Positions 34,942-47,360 of a stretch of DNA of 64,000 nucleotides are shown here, in pieces (the stretch's first letter is position 1; each line of letters begins with the position of its first letter). The notes below the pieces were generated by a model. The model had not been told where the DNA came from, did no database searches, and worked only from the letters and a program-made list of their open reading frames with translations. The DNA lies in contig NC_090383.1 in NCBI RefSeq assembly GCF_036365525.1, forward strand, positions 85,549,123 through 85,613,122, in the 5' to 3' direction. This stretch comes from Heterodontus francisci (lineage: Eukaryota). Made by a program: the position numbers and the translations under genes.

Positions 34942-36292
34942 CTGTCCACAAAAAGCAGAACAAATCCAATCCAGCCAATTACCGCCCCATCAGTCTACTC
35001 TTAATCATCAGCAAAGTGATGGAAGATGTTGTTGACAGTGCCATCAAGCAGCACCTACTCACTAATAACCTGTTCGCCGATGTTCAGTTTGGGTTCAGCC
35101 AGGGCCACTTGGCTCCAGACCTCATTACAGCCTTGGTCCAAACATGGACCAAGAGCTGAATTCCAGACATGAGGTGAGAGTGACTGCTCTTGACATCAAG
35201 GCAGCATTTGACCGAGTACAGCATGAAGGAGTCTTAGCAACATTGAAGTCAATGGGAATCGGGGGAAAATTCTCCACTGGTTGGAGTCATACCTAGCACA
35301 AAGGAAGGTGATTGTGCTGTTGGAGGCCAATCATCTCAGCCCCAGGACAGTGCTGTAGGAGTACCTCAGGGTAGTGTCCTGGGTGCAAGCATCTTCAGCT
35401 GCTTCATCAATTACCTTCCCTTCAACAGAGGGTCAGAAGTGGGGGTGTTCACTGATGAGTGCACAGTGTTCAGTACATTTGCAAATCCTCAGATAATGAA
35501 GTAGTCCATGCCCACATGCGGCAAAACCTGAATGACATTCCAACTTGAGTTGATAAATGGCAAGTAACATTTGCACCACACAAGTGCCAGGCAATGATCA
35601 TCTCCTCTTGACGTTCAACAACAGTACCATCACTGAATCCCCCACCAACATCCTGGGGATCAATGTTGATCAGAAACTTAACTGGAACAGCCATATAATT
35701 ACTGTGGCTACAAGAGCTGTGAATTCTGCAGTGAGTCCTCTGACTCCCAAAAGGCTGTCCATCATCTATAAGACACAAGTCAGGAATCTGATGGAATACT
35801 CTTCACTTGCCTGAACGTGTGCAGCTCCAACAACACTCAAGAAGCTCAACACCATCCAGGACAAAGCAGCCCACTTGGTCTGCACCCCATCCACCACTTT
35901 AAACATTCACTGCCTACACCACTGACGCACAGTGGCAGTAGTGTGTGCATCTACAAGGTGCACTGCAGCAACTTGCCAAGGCTCCTGTTAGTCCACCTTC
36001 CAAACTCGTGACCTCTACCAGCCAGACAAACAAGGGCAACAGGCGATGGGAACAGCACCACCTGCAAATTCCCCTCCAAATCACACACCATCTTGACTTT
36101 GATCACCGTTCCTTCACTGTTGCGGAGTCCTAAAATCCTGGAACTCACTCCTTAACAACACTGAGTGTACCTACACCACATAGACTGCAGCAGTTCAAGA
36201 AGGCAGCTCACCACTACCTTCTCAAGAGCAATTAAGGATGGACAATAAATGCTGGCCTTGCTAGGGATGCTCAAATCCCATGAATGAATAAA

Positions 36293-37095
36293 ACAAATTG
36301 GAGATTATACCAAATTAGGAAATTGCAAAGGAATATTGATAAGATGGGGCAATGGGATAGGAAGTGGCAGACAAAATTCAATGTCAGTAACTGTAAGGTC
36401 ATAAATATTGGTTTAAAAAAATAACAGCAATAATTATACTCTAAATGGAAGTAGACTTGGCGCTATGGAAGGGCAGGGGAACTTGAAGCAGAGGGCATTA
36501 AAGGCAGCATTTCAAGTTGATAAGAAAAGAAAATTTTATCTCAAGAAGTAATGATATAAAAGTAAAGAAGAAATTCTGAGCCTATATAAGTCCTTAATTA
36601 AGACACCAGTTACAGTACTATGTGCAGTTCTGGGCTTCTCATTAAAGGAACAATATTGAAGTTTTAAGAGAGGGTGTAATGCAGGGTGTAATCACTAGGA
36701 CCCTGCCTGGTATGAGAAAATATAATTATGATTTGAAAAAAATCTTTCTTGTTAGAACAATGGATTACAGGGGGATATAATGGGTGTTTGAAATTATGGA
36801 AGGATGGGTCAGGATAAATAAAAGCAGACTGATTCCAGCAGCTGAGGGACCAAGAACAAGCGGCCGTCGAGACAAAATTAAATGCAGGCGATTTAGAACA
36901 GAGGGCAGGAGAAACTTCTATATACAAAGTTCTGAGGCTGTGGAATTCACATCCAGGATTACTGACTGAGGCAGAAATCTATCAAGATTAGATAGTTGGA
37001 TAAAGGATATGGGAACAGTGGGTAAAGGTGATTAGTGCTCACATGAAAGGTAAACACTGGCACAGACTGATTGAGTGCTGAATGGTCTTTGCTGT
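36293..37095 (+). mobile_element. Old CR1 3' fragment (5' part at ~31760-31822)
   Basis: QYYVQFWASH, FEIMEGWVRINKSRLIP..RRNFYIQ. Confidence 0.7.
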
Positions 37096-37423
37096 GTTGT
37101 AACTTCCATGTATGTAAGTGTCCAAAGTTATATTGTTATAAATATAGATAAGTATCATTCTTATTTTTATACAAACTCAACATTTTCTAAAAGGTGCCCA
37201 GATATTTTCTGTGCCTAGAAAAGTAAATAATTATATAAAGTACCTTGAAAGTGTAATTGGACATTTTCTATTCGGATCTCAAGAATTCTGATAATAAAAT
37301 TGGCGTATTTGAAATTTATGTCTAGATTTCATGACAAGCTAACTACTTAAAAATATACAGCATAGTTTGTAACAGATTAAACAGAGCACCAAAACAATTA
37401 ACAAAATATGCAGGAAATCTTAC

Positions 37424-37493
37424 CAAGGGAGCTGTGGTGTAGTGTGGAGACCCCAAATGGATTCCTGCTGTCAGTGTCAGCACAGTCCTTTTA
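37424..37493 (-). CDS. MRPS10: MRPS10 exon 3: (H)KRTVLTLTAGIHLGSPHYTTAPL
   Basis: GGCAG| ..TTG|GTAAGA, 70 nt, phase 2-0, which fits the flanking exons. Confidence 0.8.
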
Positions 37494-38579
37494 CTGCCAT
37501 TAAACAAAAACATTGCATATGAAATTATTAACTTTTTGTAAATGCAACATCTGAATTTTACAAAAACGAAATTGTATTTAAAAAGCTTCTAAGGGAAGAC
37601 TTACAATTGTATAGTATCTTTCAATTTTCATGACATCTAAAAGCATTTAACAGCCAATGAATTACTTCTAAAGTGCAGTCATAATTATGTAGCAAATGTG
37701 GCAACCAATTGGCACATAGCAAGATCCCAGGTTCAGCAAGCAAGATAAATCACCAGTTAATTTGTTTTATTGGCATTAGTTGAGAGATGATTGTTGTCCA
37801 GGATACGAGAAGAACTCCCTCCTCCTCTTCAAAAGAAGTATAATGGGATCTTTTTAGATTCATCAGTATCTTACTTCTATCTCAACCAAAAGTCAGCGCT
37901 CCCAATAATGAAGTACTCCTTTAATACTGCACTCAAGTGTCAAACTAGATTATGTACTGAAATTCTGGAATGGAGCTAAAACCCAAGTGCTACCATTGAG
38001 TCAAGCTAACACTTGAGATTTTATGAATATATATACACACACACATAAAAACAGTGATGCTGCTATTGGTAAGTTAGAGATTTTATAAGCACTGGACATT
38101 TTACCAAGTAAAATAGAATGTAAATGTGGATCCCTTTAAAACTATACAATTGCAATCCTGAAATAAATACTATGTTTGGCTTTCTGCATTTGAGAACCCT
38201 GGCTTTCTTAGTTTGATAGGCCAATTAACAAGTAGAATTCATCATGGAATTGGTATGTTCTTAGAGGGGGGGAGCTGAAACATGACATTTTAACATTGCG
38301 ATGCACTTGTAAGAAAGCTGAGTAAAGACGACAGGAAGTGTATATTATAATTATAAGAATCATTGAAAAAATAAAGCTAAATTTATACCTAGCTTGAATT
38401 GTTCAACTCTTTTTCATTAGTTTTAATTTCCTTTTTCTGTGGTCTGCTCCAGCTGGTAGATTTGCCTAATAACTTTGTCTTGGTTAGAATAAATTTGGGT
38501 CAGTTAAAAAGTTTGACTATTGGGTAGCCCCAATCCCCAACCCTTCACTAATCCTTGACCTTTTCTTACCACCAACCCA

Positions 38580-39340
38580 GGCTTAACTCTCTCCAGGATA
38601 AGCTCTGCCTCACCATTACCTGTCACGACCCATCCACTGCTTTTGCATTGTCCGACTACTTAGCAGACATCCAGTCCTGGTTAAACCAAATTTCTTCCAA
38701 TTAAACACTGGGTTGCCACAAACTCTGTGTCTAACCAACGATTCCATCCTTCTCCCTGACCACCATCTCAGGCTGAATCAGACTGTACACTACCTCGGTG
38801 TCCTATATGACTTTGAGTCGAGTTTCCCACCCCATATTCTCTCCATCACCTCCTTCCACATGCATATCACCCACTCTGCCCCTACCTCAGCACATCTGCT
38901 GCTGAAAACTTCACCTATGATTTTGTTACCTCCAGACTCGACTATTTCAATACTGTCCTGGCTGGCCTCCCATCTTCCATCCTACACAAACTAAGCTCAT
39001 CCAAAACTTAACTGCCTGTAATCTAACTCACACAAAGTCCTGTTCACCCATCACACTTGTGCTCACTGACCTACATTTGCTCCCAGTCCAGCAACGATTC
39101 AATTTCAAAATTCTCATGTTCCTCCACGTCCTCACCCATCCCTCGGTCTCTAACCTTGTGCAGCCCGACAACCCTCCAAGAACTCTACATTCCTCCAATT
39201 CTGGCCATTTGTACTTCACCCACTTTCTTTGCCCTCCCCAGTGGCCCCAGGGCCATCTAGGCCCTAAACTCTAGAATTCCCTCTCTGTCTCGCTTCCTTT
39301 ACGATGCTCCTTAAAACCTCTCTCTTTGGCCAAGCTATTT
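38580..39340 (+). mobile_element. L2 LINE 3' fragment
   Basis: YLGVLYDFESSF, LTDLHLLPVQQRFNFKIL. Confidence 0.75.
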
Positions 39341-39864
39341 AGTGAAGGAACAACCATCATCAGTACTCCCTTAAAATCAATTACAAAACATATTTTATTT
39401 CTATTGATTTGTTTGACTTTGTCTGTGGGTATGAGGGAACTGAACTACAATAAGAAATATGATTAACACAAGACACTTCTGAAAATGTCAATGTTGTATC
39501 TAATTAAGCTCCCTCACACCCTGTGCAGTGATTCCTCCAAATCAGTTGTCATAATGCCACCAACAGTTAATGTGCATACAAATGTATTCATCAAAAACAA
39601 ATTTAAGATTAGAAAGTTAGTTTAGACTTGTAGTGCATTTAGACTATAAATTCAATGTTGAAGATATGAAGGGATCTTCACAACAAAGCACATTAAGACT
39701 TCCTCCTCCAGTTCAGGGGCTCCAAATTATCTGTACCACTTTTGCACCAATATTACAGTTGTTGTGTAAATACACCCTAAAAATTATTTGTCTCGGCTTA
39801 TTTTTGAAAGGAATATTGATATAAATATTCTTAATTTGAAGTCAGCTAATATCTTTGAACTTAC

Positions 39865-39923
39865 TGAAGGCATACTGTTATCATATTGTTGCTGGTATAA
39901 TTCAAAACTGGAATTCGATTAAC
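39865..39923 (-). CDS. MRPS10: MRPS10 exon 2: VNRIPVLNYTSNNMITVCL(H)
   Basis: TTGATTTTCAG| ..CA|GTAAGT, 59 nt, phase 0-2. Restores the frame between exons 1 and 3. Confidence 0.75.
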
Positions 39924-40169
39924 CTGAAAATCAAACAATGATTTTTTTTTTTAGTTATTCATACACATATATCATTATCGTTCAAAAGAAAACTGAGCTA
40001 ACAAGGAGATCCCACAATATCTTTCTTCCAGCTTATTAAACTTTGTTTAAACTACAGCACTTCCAGGAGTGTTACATTACCTCCTCCTGGTAAAGATACT
40101 CTACTGAGATTGTTACAACAACCGAGCACCTTTTAACTGACGGACATTCCAAGAACAACATATTTGAGA

Positions 40170-40790
40170 ATGTTAAAGGAAGACAGGAAACAGTGAACAC
40201 TGAGCAGAAAGAAAAAGTTTCAGGGACCACCAACACTGTTGAAAGCTGGGGTTTTTAAGGAGATTTGAAAGCAATGAGGAAGTAGCAAGGTGGAGAGATT
40301 TCTGAAAGGGGTTCCGGAGGGCAAGATTATAGTAGTTGAAGGGCCAGCCACTGATGATGAAGGAAAGGGAGTGGAAGATTATGGTATAGGAAGAGAGTAC
40401 CACTGGGAGAGACTGCTGTGGTACTGTGAGACAAGGTCAAAAAGGGATTTCAAAATGAGGATATAAGGATCTTTAAATGCATGTAATAAGTCGCAGGAAC
40501 CAGATAACCTTGGCAAGGATAGGACTGCAACATTTCATTCAAGATAAGACTGTGTGTTCTGAATGACTTGCAGCTTACAGAGAATACAGTTTGGAAGTCC
40601 AGCAAGAAGCACATTGAACATGTCAAGCCTCTGGTGATAATGGCATGTATTAAGGTTTTGGCAGGAGCAGAATGTTGTAGGGGTGGAGGGAGCAGTATTT
40701 TGTAGGCGGATGAAAGCAAACTTAGTAAAGTTTGGATGTGGGAGCTTGATTTACAGCATTATGTCAAAGTCACTGTACTTAAAATGAAGA
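40170..40790 (-). mobile_element. Old L2 3' fragment
   Basis: AKTLIHAIITRGLTC resembles an L2 motif; L2-type tail. Confidence 0.6.
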
Positions 40791-41346
40791 TATTGCTCAG
40801 CATCCCTACCTGTCCCTACACTGAAAGATTATTCACATGTGGTCTGAGGGCTGATTTCACACATGGGGTACAGAATCACAGAATTGTTACAGCACAGGAG
40901 ACAGCCATTCGGCCTATTGTGTTTGCACTGGCTCTCCGAATAACCCTGCACAATCTTCCTTTTCAGATAACAGCAGATAAAAGATCTGGGTACAGGGCTA
41001 GTAGGAATGGTGTCCAACTTTACAGACTGTACTAAAATAAGAGGCATAGCAAATAATTCTGAGGCCAAAATTAAGCTGCACAGGGATATTGAGATGGTAG
41101 AATGGACAAAAAAAAGCAGATGGAATTTAATGCCAGTAAATGTGAAGTGGTACATTTAGTAAAAAATATAAAAGTAATAACACTTGGAGGGAAGAAACAA
41201 CTGAGTGATATGTAATACATTAAAAACAACACTTTAAATCAATAAGGCCATAAAAAAAGCTAAAGGAATATTGGATTTCATAGAAAGGGGTATAAAACAT
41301 AAAAATTGAGACATAATGGTAAAGCTATAAAAACATTAGTAAGATC

Positions 41347-41494
41347 TGATGTTTAGTAAGTTCTGATGAAAGGTCACAGACCTGAAACCTTAACTCTGCT
41401 TCTCTCTCCTCAGATGCTGCGAGACCTGCTGTGTATTTCCAGCACTTTCTGTTTTTATTTCAGATTTCCAGCATCCGCAGTATTTTGCTTTTAT
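41347..41494 (+). mobile_element. Short hammerhead-bearing non-autonomous retroelement (Penelope-derived) inside an old CR1
   Basis: Flanked by a 12-bp TSD ATTAGTAAGATC (41335)/ATTAGTAACATC (41495). The body matches the Penelope terminal sequence at 931-1004. Confidence 0.8.
41359..41395 (+). ncRNA. Minimal hammerhead ribozyme motif (canonical CUGAUGA core, helix-III variant)
   Basis: AGTT-CTGATGA-A-AGGTC-ACA-GACCT-GAAAC-CTT-AACT. Confidence 0.7.
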
Positions 41495-41809
41495 ATTAGT
41501 AACATCACAGGTGGATTGCCACGTGTAGTTTTGGGCTCTACCTTTATGGGAAGGATATTGAGGAAACAGCACAGCATAAATTCACTAGGACAAAACCAGG
41601 TATGAGGAATTACAAATACGAAAAAAAGACATGGAAAAAATTGGGGCTATTTTCACAAGAGCTGAGTTGATTACAGTGATTTAATAGAGGTGTGAAAACA
41701 ATGAAGTGAGGGGGCAGACCACATAAAAAAATTGATTCCAGTGATTGAGGAATTTACAACGAGAAAACATAGATAGAAGACTAAAAGTCAGAAATTTAAT
41801 ACCAACAGC

Positions 41810-42268
41810 AGGTGAGTGGTAAAGTTGTGAAGTTGATGTTCGCTGATGATTGCACAGTGTCAGTACCATTTGTAACTCCTCAGATACAGAAGCAGTGAGT
41901 GCCCACATGCAGCAAGACCTGGACTACATTCAGGCCTGGACTGATAAGTGGTAGTGACAATCACACCACACAAGTGCCAAGCAATGACCATCTCAAACAA
42001 AGAGAGAATGTAACCATCTCCCGTTGGCATTCAACATTACCATCGTTGAATCCCCCACCATCAACAACCTGGGGGTTGCCATTGACCAGAAACTTAACTG
42101 GATCAGCCACATAAATATTGTGGCTACAAGAGCAAGTCAGAGGCTGGGAATTCTGTGACGAGTAACTCACCTCCTGACTCCCCAAAGCCTGTCCACGAGG
42201 CATAAGTCAGGAGTGTGATGGATTACCCTTCACTTGCCTGGATGAGTGCAGCTCCAACAACACTCAGC
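41810..42268 (+). mobile_element. LINE 3' fragment (family of 31823-36292), continuing at 46631-46990 after a CR1 insertion
   Basis: MFADDCTV, CAGAAACTTAACTGG, GCAGCTCCAACAACACTCA; resumes CTCAATACCATCC at ~46632. Confidence 0.75.
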
Positions 42269-45200
42269 AAACAATGGTGCAAGAGGAAAGGCTTTAGTTT
42301 CCTGGATCACTGGGTCTGTATCTGGCGAAGGTGGAACCTGTACAAGTTGGACGGGTAGCACCTGAACCAGAACGGGACCAACATCCTTGCTGGTAGGTTT
42401 GCTGGTGCTGTTGGGGGGTTTAAATTAATTTGGCAGGGGGATGGGATACAGAGTAGAGGTACAGTAGGGGTGATGCACAGCCAAATATAGAAGAGAAATT
42501 AAGTCAGTCAGGAAGGTAGAGCAAATATAGATCTGTTAAAGCACAAGCGAATAATGCAAGGCTGGATTGCATCTAATTTTAACGCAAGGAGTCTTACAAG
42601 TAAGGCAGATGAGTAACAGGGTGTTGATTAACACATGGGAATATGATATTATTGCTATCACAGAGACATGGTTGAGGTAAGGGCAGGACTGGCAGCTCAA
42701 TTTTCCAGGATATAGAATGATCAGGCATGACGGTTGGGGGGGTGGGGGGCGGGTGTAAAAGAGGAGGTGGTATGGCACTATTGATCAAGGAGTCAATTAC
42801 TGCAGTAAGGAGGGATGACATCTTAGAAGGTTCCTCAAATGAGGCCATACGGGTCAAACTTAAAAACAAAAAGGGGGCAATCACTTGGCTGGGAGAGTAC
42901 CACAGGCCTCCAAATAGTCAGGGAGAGATAGAGTAGCAGATATGTAGGCAATCTCAGAGAGATGTAAAAATAATAGGGTAATAATAGTAGGAGATTTCAA
43001 CTTCCCCAATATTAACTGGGATAGTCTTAGTGCAAAAGTCTTAAAGGGGGCAGGATTCTTAAAATGCATACAGGAGAGTTTTTTGAGCCAGCATGTAGAT
43101 AGTCCTACAAGAGAAGGAGCATTACTGGATCTAATCCCAGGAAATGAAGCCAGACAAATGGTAGAAGTATCAGTGAGGGAGCATTTCGGGGATAGTGACC
43201 ATAACTCTAAGATTTAAGGTAGTTACGGAAAAAGACAAAGATGGAATGAAAATCTTCTTTCTTTGGCCTCCTTGTCTCGAGAGACAATGGGTAAGCGCCG
43301 AGAAGTGGTCAGTGGTTAGTGAAGCAGCGCCTGGAGTGGCTATAAAGACCAATTCTAGAGTGACAGACTCTTCCACAGGTGCTGCAGATAAAATTGGTTG
43401 CCGGGGCTGTTACACAGTTGGCTCTCTCCTTGCGCTTCTGTCTTTTTTCCTGCCAACAGCCAAGTCTCTTTGACTCACCACACTTTAGCCCCGCCTTTAT
43501 GGCTGTCTGCCAGTTCTGGCGATCACTAGCAACTGACTCCCACGACTTGTGATCAATGTCACACTTCATGTCGCATTTGCAGACGTCTTTAAAGCGGAGA
43601 CATGGACGGCCGGCGGATCTGATACCAGTGACGAGCTCGCTGTACAATGCGTCCTTGGGGATCCTGCCATCCTTCCATGCAGCTCACATGGCCAAGCCAT
43701 CTCAAGCGCCGTTGGTTCAGTAGGGTGCATATGCTGGCCACCTCGAGGACTTCTGTGTTGGAGATACCGACCTGCCACCTGATGCCAAGGATTCTCCAGA
43801 GGCAACGAAGATGGAATAAATTGAGACGTCGCTCTTGGCTGACATACATTGTCCAGGCCTCGCTGCCGTAGAGCAAGGTACTGAGGACACAGGCTCGATA
43901 CACTCGGACTTTTGTGTTCCGTGCGAGTGTGCCATTTTCCCGCACTCTTGGCCAGACTGGACATAGCAGTGGACGCCTTTCCCATGCGCTGTTGATTTCT
44001 GCATTGAGAGACAGGTTACTGGTGATAGTTGAGCCACTTCCAGAGCGTAGTCGCTGATATTGATGGATGGAGCATTTCTGACGCCCTGTCCCATGATGTT
44101 CGTTTTCTTGAGGCTGACAGTTAGGCCAAATTCGTTGCAGGCAGCCGCAATCCAGTCTCTGCAGACACTCTTCAGTGTGAGATGTTAATGCAGCATCGTC
44201 AACAAAGATGAGTTCCCTGATGAGGACTTTCCGTACTTTGGTCTTTGCTCTTAGATGGGCAAGGTTGAACAACCTGCCAACTGATCTTGTGTGGAGGAAA
44301 ATTCCTTCTTCTGAAGACTTGAACGGATGTGAGAGCAGCAGGGAGAAGAAGATCCCCAACAGTGTAGGTGCGAGAACACAGCCCTGTTTCACGCCACTCA
44401 GGATAGGAAAGGGAGGCAACAGTTACGGTTGCCTTTGTCGGACTGGAAATAAAGGTACTGAACCGGAGGATTTCAATATCACAAAACAGGATCTGGCCAA
44501 AGTGGACTGGGAGCAGCTACTTGTAGGAATGTCTACATCAGACTAGTGGGAGTCATTCAAAAAGGAAATAGTTAAGAGTTTAGGGCCAACATGTTCCCAT
44601 TAAGGTGCAGGGTAGGACCAACAAGTCCAGGGAACCCTGGATGTCAAGGGATATAGAGGATTGAATATGAAAAAAAAGGAGGCTTATAGCAGATTCAGAG
44701 GGCTGAAAACAGCAGAGGCCCTACAGGAGTATAGAAAGTGTAGGGGTGGTACTTAAAAAAGTAATGAGCAGAGCAAAGAGGGGTCATGAAAAAACACTGG
44801 CGGGCAAAATAAAGGAAAATCCCAAGGCGTTTTATGTATATTAACAGCAAGAGGATAACCAGGGCAAGAGTCGGACCCATTAGGGACCAAAGCAGCAATC
44901 TGTGCGTGGAGACGGAAGACGTAGGTGAGGTTTTAAATGATTACTTTTCATCTGTGTTCACTATGGAGAAGGACGATGTAGTTGTAGAGATCAGGCAGGG
45001 GGACTGTGATATACTTGAACAAATTAGCATTGATTGGGAGGAGGTATTAGCAGTTTTAGCGGGCTTAAAAGTGGATAAATCCCAAGGCCCAGATTAGATG
45101 TATTCCAGGCTGTTATGTGAGGCAAGGGAGGAGATAGCAGGGGCTCTGACACAAATTTTCAAATCCTCTCTGGCCACAGGAAAGGTGCCAGAGGACTAGA

Positions 45201-46630
45201 GGACAGTGAATGTGGTACCATTATTCAAGACGGGTAGCAGGAATAAACCAGGTAATTACAGGCCGGTGAATCTAACATCAATGGTAGGGAAACTATTGGA
45301 AAAATTCTGAGGGACTGGAATGGTCTCCACTTGGAGAGGCAGGGATTAACCAAGGATAGTCAGCATAGCTTTGTCAGGGGGAGATCATGTCTAACAAACT
45401 TGATTGAATTTTTCGAGGAGGCGACTGGATGTGTAGCTGAAGGTAAAGCAGTTGATGTAATCTACATGGACTTAAGTAAGGCTTTTGATAAGGTCCCGCA
45501 TGGGAGATTGGTTAAGGTAAGATTCCCATGGGATCCAGGGAAATTTGGCAAATTGGATCCAAAATTGGCTTAGTGGCATTACGCAGGTGGTGATGGTTGA
45601 GGGTTGTTTTTGCGATTGGGGGCCTGTGACCAGTGGTATACCACAGGGATTGGTGCTGGGACCCTTGCTGTTTGTAGTGTACATTAATGATTTAGACGTG
45701 AATATAGGAGGCATGATCAGTAAATTTGCAGATAACATGAAAATTGGTGGGGTCGTAAATAGTGAGGAGGAAAGCCTTAGGTTACAGGACGATATGGGCT
45801 GGTAAGATGGGCGGAGCAGTGGCAAATGGAATTTAATCCTGAGAAATGTGAGGTGATGCATTTTGGGAGGATTAACAAAGCAAGGGAACATACGATGAAT
45901 GGTAAGATCCGAGGAAGTACAGAGGGACCTTGGTGTACTTGTCCATAAGTCACTGAAGGCAGTAGCACACGTCTATAAGGTGGTTTAGAAGGCATATGGG
46001 ATACTTGCCTTTATTAGCCAAGGCATAGAATATAAGAGCAGGGAGGTTATGATGAAGCTGTATAAAACGCTAGTTAGGCCACAGCTGGAGTACTGTGTCC
46101 AGTTATGGGCACCACACTATAGGAAGGATGTGATTGCACTGGAGAGGGTGCAGGAGAGATTCACCAGGATGTTGCCTGTGCTGGAGCATTTCAGCTATGA
46201 AGAGAAACTGGATAAGCAAGGGCTGTTTTCATAGAGCAGAGAAGGCTGAAAGGGGACCTGATTGAAGTGTACAAAATTATGAGGGGCATAGATGGGGTAG
46301 ATAGGAAGAAACCTTTTCCCTTAGGGGAAGTGTCAATAACCAGAGGGCACAGATTTAAAGCAAGGGGCAGGAGGTTTAGAGGGGATTTGAGGAAACAAAT
46401 TTTCACTCAGAGGGTGGTTGGAATTTGGAACACACTGCCTGAAGGGGTGGTAGAGGCAGGAACCCTCACAACATTTAAGAAGTATTTAGATGAGCACTTG
46501 AAACGCATAGCATACAAGGCTACGGGCCAAGTGCTGGAAAATGGGATTAGAACAGATAGGTGCTTGATGGCCAGCACGAACACAATGGGCCGAAGGGCTT
46601 GTTTCTGTGCTGTATAACTCTATGACTCTA
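42269..46630 (+). mobile_element. CR1 LINE (end of ORF1 plus frameshifted ORF2), interrupted by an RTE
   Basis: APE (YDIIAITETWL, GDFNFPNINW), RT (YMDLSKAFDKVPH, PQGLVLGPLLF, KFADNMK), [13 protein letters not shown] and a CTCTATGACTCT tail. Confidence 0.92.
43254..44412 (-). mobile_element. RTE-clade LINE, 5'-truncated
   Basis: FPILSGVKQGCVLAPTL, RELIFVDDAAL, STLLYGSEAWT, QRRLRWLGHV and the C-terminal CSTCGRVCHSRIGLYSH. AAG-type tail; imperfect TSD GGAATGAAAAT/GGACTGGAAAT. Confidence 0.92.
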
Positions 46631-47360
46631 ACTCAATACCATCCTGTACAAAACAGCCCATTTGATTGGCACCCATCCACCACAATGGCAGCAGTGTGTA
46701 CCATCTACATGATGCACTGCAGCAACTCACCAAGGCTCCTTCGACAGCACCTTCCAAATCCATGACCTCTGCCACCTAGAAGAACAAGAGCAGCAGATGC
46801 ATGGGAACACCATCACCTACAAGTTTCCCTCCAAGTCACACACCATCCTGACTTGGAACTATATCGCCTTCCTTCACTGTTGCTGGGTCAAAATCCTGGA
46901 ACTCCCTCCCTACACCCCAAGGACTGTTCAAGAAGGTGGCTCACCACTACCTTCTCATAGGCAATGTCCCCATCCCATGAATTTAAAAAATGCACTACTA
47001 GGCTTACTGATTGAAACAGGGACCATACCGCTATTTGATTATAGGTTGGATGTTCTTGATGGACAATGTGAACTGGAAACTAGGGATTTTGCTGCTCCCG
47101 TGGAGGATAAACAGCACCTCTCATGATTTTTATGGTATCATTTCTAACTCTCAGTGAGTTGGAGGTTAAGTATCAAAAAGTTTGAGCATCTCTCAGTCGG
47201 CGCCCAAGGAGTCAGTCCTGAAGTCCGGCGGTGTTTAAAGGCATGCGAGTGACAGTTCCCCGAGAAATGCGCCATTATGGAAGCAGCGAAATTATTTAAA
47301 CGCCGCACAGTAGCCGACTGAGAATTTTGCGTGCAATGAGTAAAAGCGGCAAAACGTTAC

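Larger units (their letters stand above)
31823..36292 (+). mobile_element. Near full-length degraded CR1/L2-group LINE with a SINE-like 5' head, interrupted by two solo LTRs
   Basis: APE (ITTYCPPS..VLWVGDFNIHH), RT (NYRPISLL, DIKAAFD, PQGSVLG), KLNWNSHI and a 3' tail. Confidence 0.85.
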
